The translations under genes were made by a program, and so were the position numbers. This document shows, piece after piece, positions 17,181 to 21,382 of a stretch of 21,382 bases of DNA (position 1 is its first letter; the number at the start of each line of letters is the position of its first letter). Origin of the DNA: Catajapyx aquilonaris. Taxonomy: Eukaryota. Location of the stretch: NCBI GenBank assembly GCA_000934665.2, contig KZ538319.1, positions 62,001 to 83,382 of the forward strand. Reading direction: 5' to 3'. Under the pieces are notes generated by a model that saw only the letters and a list, made by a program, of their open reading frames with translations, searched no databases and was not told where the DNA came from.

Positions 17181-19880
17181 CTGGAAAGTAAAGTCCTCAA
17201 GTTATTACTTTTATCCAATAAGAACAAAACGTAACATTAGTATTCAATCTTTTTTGACTTCTTCTCTTGTCAGAAAAATGTGGCTTTACATTCCTTCCAG
17301 GTTTGTGTTGGTTATACTTCAATATTCACAACATCAACATACCGTCATAAATTCTAGCTTTCACACAGCATAAAGCATCTCTTAGCACTTGGTAGTGGAC
17401 TTCCAGGTCTTTCAGGGCGATTGAACTTCCATCATGTCTTATTGCCAATGCCGCCACAGAAAATGGAAACAGTACCATATGTTTATGCTGCTCCTCTGAC
17501 ACCCTAAATTGCACGATACATATTTAACTTCATTAGAGCGTGACATAATATAGATACAGGTTGTGACGAGTACGATGGACAACCCATAGCCCTTGAACCT
17601 TCCCAGATTTCGCTATCTGCAAAAACTTTTGATATGCGACAATATAGGGATAGTCAAAGATGCTAAGGTGCTGGAAGGATATGGCACTTATTACCACTAC
17701 AACCTTTTTAGAATATTTACCTCCAACAAAGTTTTTCCACTAATTCTCGCTCTTCACCGTTTAATTTGTGCTGAGAACGAGGCCCAACGGAAAGTTGGTA
17801 ACCTTCTGTTTGAATGTAGTCATCCATCAATATGGGGTCGCCTATGTGAACCAATACAGTGCGGCTCATTTCAATAGGTTTGATTAGTCGGAACAAGGCT
17901 GAGAAGAGTTTCTGTAATAAAAAGACACAATCATACCGTACTACATAAGAATTTCGAATTTTTCTGTAAGATAAAATGCTACATGGAAAAAATATTTTCA
18001 GGTTAATTTCCTCATTTAAAGTCAACAGATTTTGTGTACGAAAAATAATGGTAACAGGCCTGCTGCAGTAAGTTTGTAACCAAGGTGAAAGAACCATAAA
18101 AGAGACTCTAGAGGTTATTTCAGTTATTATATGCAATATCGTCATTACCATGGCCGATTCCTCCTCTTTTTGAGCTCCCAGTTCTTCCTCAGCGTACATT
18201 GTGTCTTCAACAATGCGATCGTATGACAGGCTGATAGGCACCAATATAGTGTTATTGGAAGTACCAAAAAAGAACGGTTCCAGCGCCATCGATAAAATCC
18301 CTGCCAGTACCGTATAAATTAAAAAGTTAGTTGCATTAAGATGGCGTAGTGTAAATAGGTAACAATATTATACTGTATATAGTGTATAGTTTGTCGATAG
18401 CAATCTTGAATAGATGATATCTCGTGGGAAATTTTGTACTTGTATTAGAGATTCACAAAATCATATTACGTGTGCACCCAGTATATGCTTCGACCATGTG
18501 CAATTTCTGGTTATATTAAAATATTATAACCTGGAACACAGACCTTTCTTAGGTTTCAGATGCAGAGAATTCCGACTCCGTCCACCTTCAGTAAAAACCT
18601 CAAGTGGAATGTCAGGGTTCAACACACAACTGTGGATGTACTCCTGTAAAATGGATCTGTACAATGGGTCACTCCCAAGTGAGCGTCGAATTGAAATGGC
18701 TCCAGCATATTTGATTAGCTTTCCGAGAAATCCTTTGGATAAATCTGAAACATCGGATCATTAATATATAAGTTTTAAAAGTGCGATTTTATCCGAAAGT
18801 TATGAATATTATCAAGAGGGAATGATCTGACAAACTATTTTTTTAGTAGGCCTACTAGATTTTCGACACATCCTGAGATAACCTTTGAAGAATTTTTTGT
18901 TTCCTTACTGTCTCCTGCGATGATAGCTGGTGCAGTTATGTCAGAATAAGCGAATACAGTTGTCACTAAGATGAAATCCAAATAACTTCGATGTGTAGGA
19001 ATTAGTATGACAGGGTTCTGCTTCATAAATTCAGCTGCCTAAATAAAAGCAATTACGGTTATTTAGTGTGTGAATAATTTGAGTTAGGTCAGATTATTAA
19101 TTTTACACTCACGTGCTTCAGTCCACTAAGATTAAATTGTATGCTTCCAAATACTCGTCGAATGGCTTTGCAGCCTATGTAAGATATTGTCCTCAAGGCA
19201 TGAATATAAAAATCGTGCCCCATGTTAACCAAGAGGTTATAGGCTTGTATCCAGAGTTCCTCTTCCGAAATATTTTGGTCCATGCTCATCTGAAACATAT
19301 TTAGTATTCTGCAGAGTACACAATTCGCTGCATATTCGATCATGCGTATAATTTTTATTGTATTGCAATACAGAACTTTTTCACTTATTTGTTCAGTGGA
19401 ATTTTCTTTTTTGATTGGATTTACAACACCCTAATAAATATACACAGCGTGCATAATGAAGGTGTGTTCCCAAACTTGCGAGAACGAGAGTTTTGGAGAG
19501 AATTTGAGACTTTTTAGAGTGAATGAGAAGTCAATGAACTAAAATGGGGTTAGAGAACAATATTCTCGCTCTCTCTTACGATGTTGCTAAAACCAATTTT
19601 TACGAGCTTGGGAACACACCACACCTTAACTCTTATGGTATGTTTGGATTTATGGAAGGTTAACCCTTTTCTATTATCATCATTATTATCAACTCACTTG
19701 CCGAATAAGATTTTTCAAGCGATCGCTTTGCATCACACACTGTCGCACATTTTGAGATGTATCCTGCAGACTCATATTGAAGACGTTTATGGAACCGAAG
19801 AAGCAGAATGTGACTTCTTGAAATAGTTGATTTCTCAGTTCCCAGAGATTTTCGTAGATAGTGTCAGCAGTATCTTCCAT
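16396..19880 (-). CDS. GNPAT: Dihydroxyacetone-phosphate (glyceronephosphate) O-acyltransferase-like protein, about 659 aa; join(19880-19698,19289-19113,19038-18909,18744-18544,18300-18149,17911-17721,17503-17343,17180-16396)
   Basis: Eight GT-AG-bounded exons join in phase (0,0,1,1,0,2,1) to 1980 nt including the stop. Acyltransferase motifs: PTHRSYLDF (I), GAISIRR (II), FTEGGRSR (III), LVPISLSYDRIVE (IV). GILSMALEPFF...ELG..KEEES follows the GNPAT/GPAT-DAPAT family pattern. Confidence 0.88.
17343..17503 (-). CDS. GNPAT: GNPAT-like coding exon 7
   Basis: tag|G GTG TCA ... GAC G|gtatgt; QHKHMVLFPFSVAA. Confidence 0.85.
17721..17911 (-). CDS. GNPAT: GNPAT-like coding exon 6
   Basis: cag|AAA CTC ... 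TGG AG|gtaaat; VLVHIGDPI motif. Confidence 0.87.
18149..18300 (-). CDS. GNPAT: GNPAT-like coding exon 5 (motif IV)
   Basis: cag|GG ATT TTA ... ATG|gtaatg; LSMALEPFF...VPISLSYDRIVE. Confidence 0.92.
18544..18744 (-). CDS. GNPAT: GNPAT-like coding exon 4 (motifs II and III; absent from the ORF track)
   Basis: cag|AT TTA ... AAA G|gtctgt; translates NLSKGFLGKLIKYAGAISIRRSLGSDPLYRSILQEYIHSCVLNPDIPLEVFTEGGRSRNSLHLKPKK. Confidence 0.92.
18909..19038 (-). CDS. GNPAT: GNPAT-like coding exon 3 (HxxxxD motif I)
   Basis: tag|GCA GCT ... GAC A|gtaagg; PVILIPTHRSYLDF...PAIIAGD. Confidence 0.92.
19113..19289 (-). CDS. GNPAT: GNPAT-like coding exon 2
   Basis: cag|ATG AGC ... CAC|gtgagt; LVNMGHDF...LR...KAIRRVFGSIQFN. 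Confidence 0.88.
19461..19620. mobile_element. Small MITE in GNPAT-like intron 1
   Basis: Exact 13-bp TIR GGTGTGTTCCCAA / TTGGGAACACACC, extending imperfectly inward; TSD degenerate. Confidence 0.6.
19698..19880 (-). CDS. GNPAT: GNPAT-like coding exon 1
   Basis: ATG at 19880, acceptor aaAG at 19888-19889, donor CAA|gtgagt; joins the next exon in phase 0. Confidence 0.72.
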
Positions 19881-21382
19881 TGCATTCCTTTGCGTAAGAA
19901 AATGAAAATAACTTATGCTGCATAAACGAAGACATGATTTGTAGTACTATCCGAGTTACAATTTAGTTGAGTCAGCCCTTATGACGTATACTTTCTGATG
20001 GTCAAATAAGTTTTCTGCTAGCGAGAAACCAGAGGGCCAAAGCAAATGTTTGAAAAAAGAAGGGATCGGGTAAGAAATAGGAGCTTCTAGAAGCTCAAAA
20101 TTTTATGATCCCTAAAATATTCCGTGAATGATTTTGTACTTGCACAGCGGAAAGTACGATGAAATAGTAAACAATCCCAGGACTGCTGTTTTCCAGTATA
20201 TTAAGTGTTTAACCCTATTATTACACCTTATGAATATAATATATTATATTACATCACATTATTTTCTTCAACATTTGGGCACAATATGTAAAAATATTAG
20301 GATTGCTCACGCCATTTGCAACACCCAGTACATGATATTAGCAATAATTTAAAATGACTTATTTTTTGTTCAACTTCAATCTACTGTACATCATGTAACT
20401 ACATATTTAAACAGAACCTTACCTGTCTTCAAAAACTGCAGAATTCACATGCCTAACTACACCCATTTTTAGTGTGCTTGCTATGATCTAACTATCTAAC
20501 ATAAGAGTAATATAATTCAGGCTGTTGGGAGCAACAAGAGAACGGTGTTCACCTTCATGACATATGGTGGAATTGTAAGTGACTCTTTTGTCAGACATTC
20601 CGTACACAAATATGTGCAGCTTTTCTGCTGACGACATGTCCTCACTTGTGCAACTCCCACCAATCAATGATAGCTTCTGCAATGTTCAGCCATAGAGCTG
20701 TGATTTTATTATGCAGGTTATTTCGGATTATTTACATAGTTGCACACTATTACTCCAGGAGGTTCCTGAGTATACTCAACTTTAATATAGCTACGTACAG
20801 TATGCAAGGAGTTTCTCCTCTCAAGATGACTATCAGATGAGTAGAGGCAGAGAATAGTAGTTGATGGGAGTTGTTGAGCAATAAATTCCAAAACTGGCCA
20901 CATATTCGGAATGAGTGATTTTTGAGTCCAAACTGATAAAATGCACACATCAGGCATGGGTGAATTCGGATTCGTAGCAAAAAATGAAAGTGAATATTCA
21001 GTATAACTAAAAATTTCAAAATAATTGACATTTGGCAATGCGGGGCCTGGCAGTGATTAGGGGGGGAAATCCCACAGATGATCAAGGGTGCCTCGCTTCT
21101 TTTATCGAAGCCGAAGTGCCTAAACGAAGGGCCCTGGGAATTTCCTACTACTAGTCGTGCATATGCAAGTTCTTAAAAATAACCAAAGTAGGCCTTCATA
21201 TGTGTTAAGTTTCAAAAATCTTGCATTATGACGCAGCAATGTTTTCTTAAGTGGGACAATGAAGGAATCACAATGTGCCTGAGTGAACCATGCATAGTTC
21301 ACTCAAGGCGTGGTCATCTTCCTCGTCCGGATTTCGCTGCATGTTAAAAGTAGCCTATTCTGGGTCATGATCGGGGGGGGGG

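Noticed and set aside
17912..18148. In-frame, stop-free GNPAT intron 5 (ORF 17717..18289 reads through it)
   Set aside because: It has good GTAATG/TTACAG sites, AT-rich composition and no family similarity. Treated as an intron, although retention would keep the frame.
20081..20096. 16-bp palindrome GAGCTTCTAGAAGCTC with an nTTCnnGAAn heat-shock-element core
   Set aside because: Only two HSE pentamers, too short to support a regulatory call.
20488..20697. In-frame TGA (CTC TAT GGC TGA) upstream of a 64-aa ORF as possible selenocysteine or readthrough
   Set aside because: No selenoprotein-like context or SECIS was recognised, and the exon structure is unsupported.
1..21382. CRISPR array, operon or prokaryotic/viral defence system
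   Set aside because: The sequence is spliced eukaryotic DNA with no regularly spaced direct repeats and no long intronless foreign ORFs.

Overview
Eukaryotic (arthropod, probably insect) genomic DNA with two spliced protein-coding genes, both on the minus strand and arranged head-to-tail. (1) A glyceronephosphate/DHAP O-acyltransferase (GNPAT-like) gene: 8 coding exons, 19880->16396, about 659 aa, with divergent catalytic motifs and no canonical PTS1. (2) diaphanous (Diaphanous-related formin): 10 coding exons visible, 12271->491, about 1036 aa (GBD/FH3, FH1, FH2, DAD); its last exon probably lies beyond the left edge. All exons were joined by hand and the splice phases are consistent. dia intron 8 (1292-3026) is a U12-type (minor spliceosome) GT-AG intron. 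The dia introns and upstream region hold many non-autonomous transposons with readable TIRs and TSDs (piggyBac-, PIF/Harbinger-, Tc1/mariner/pogo- and P/hAT-like elements, tRNA-derived SINEs), including a three-level nested insertion and a near-perfect 161-bp palindrome. I found no prokaryote-type system (CRISPR etc.) and no clearly novel multi-gene system. Most short ORFs in the track are spurious.
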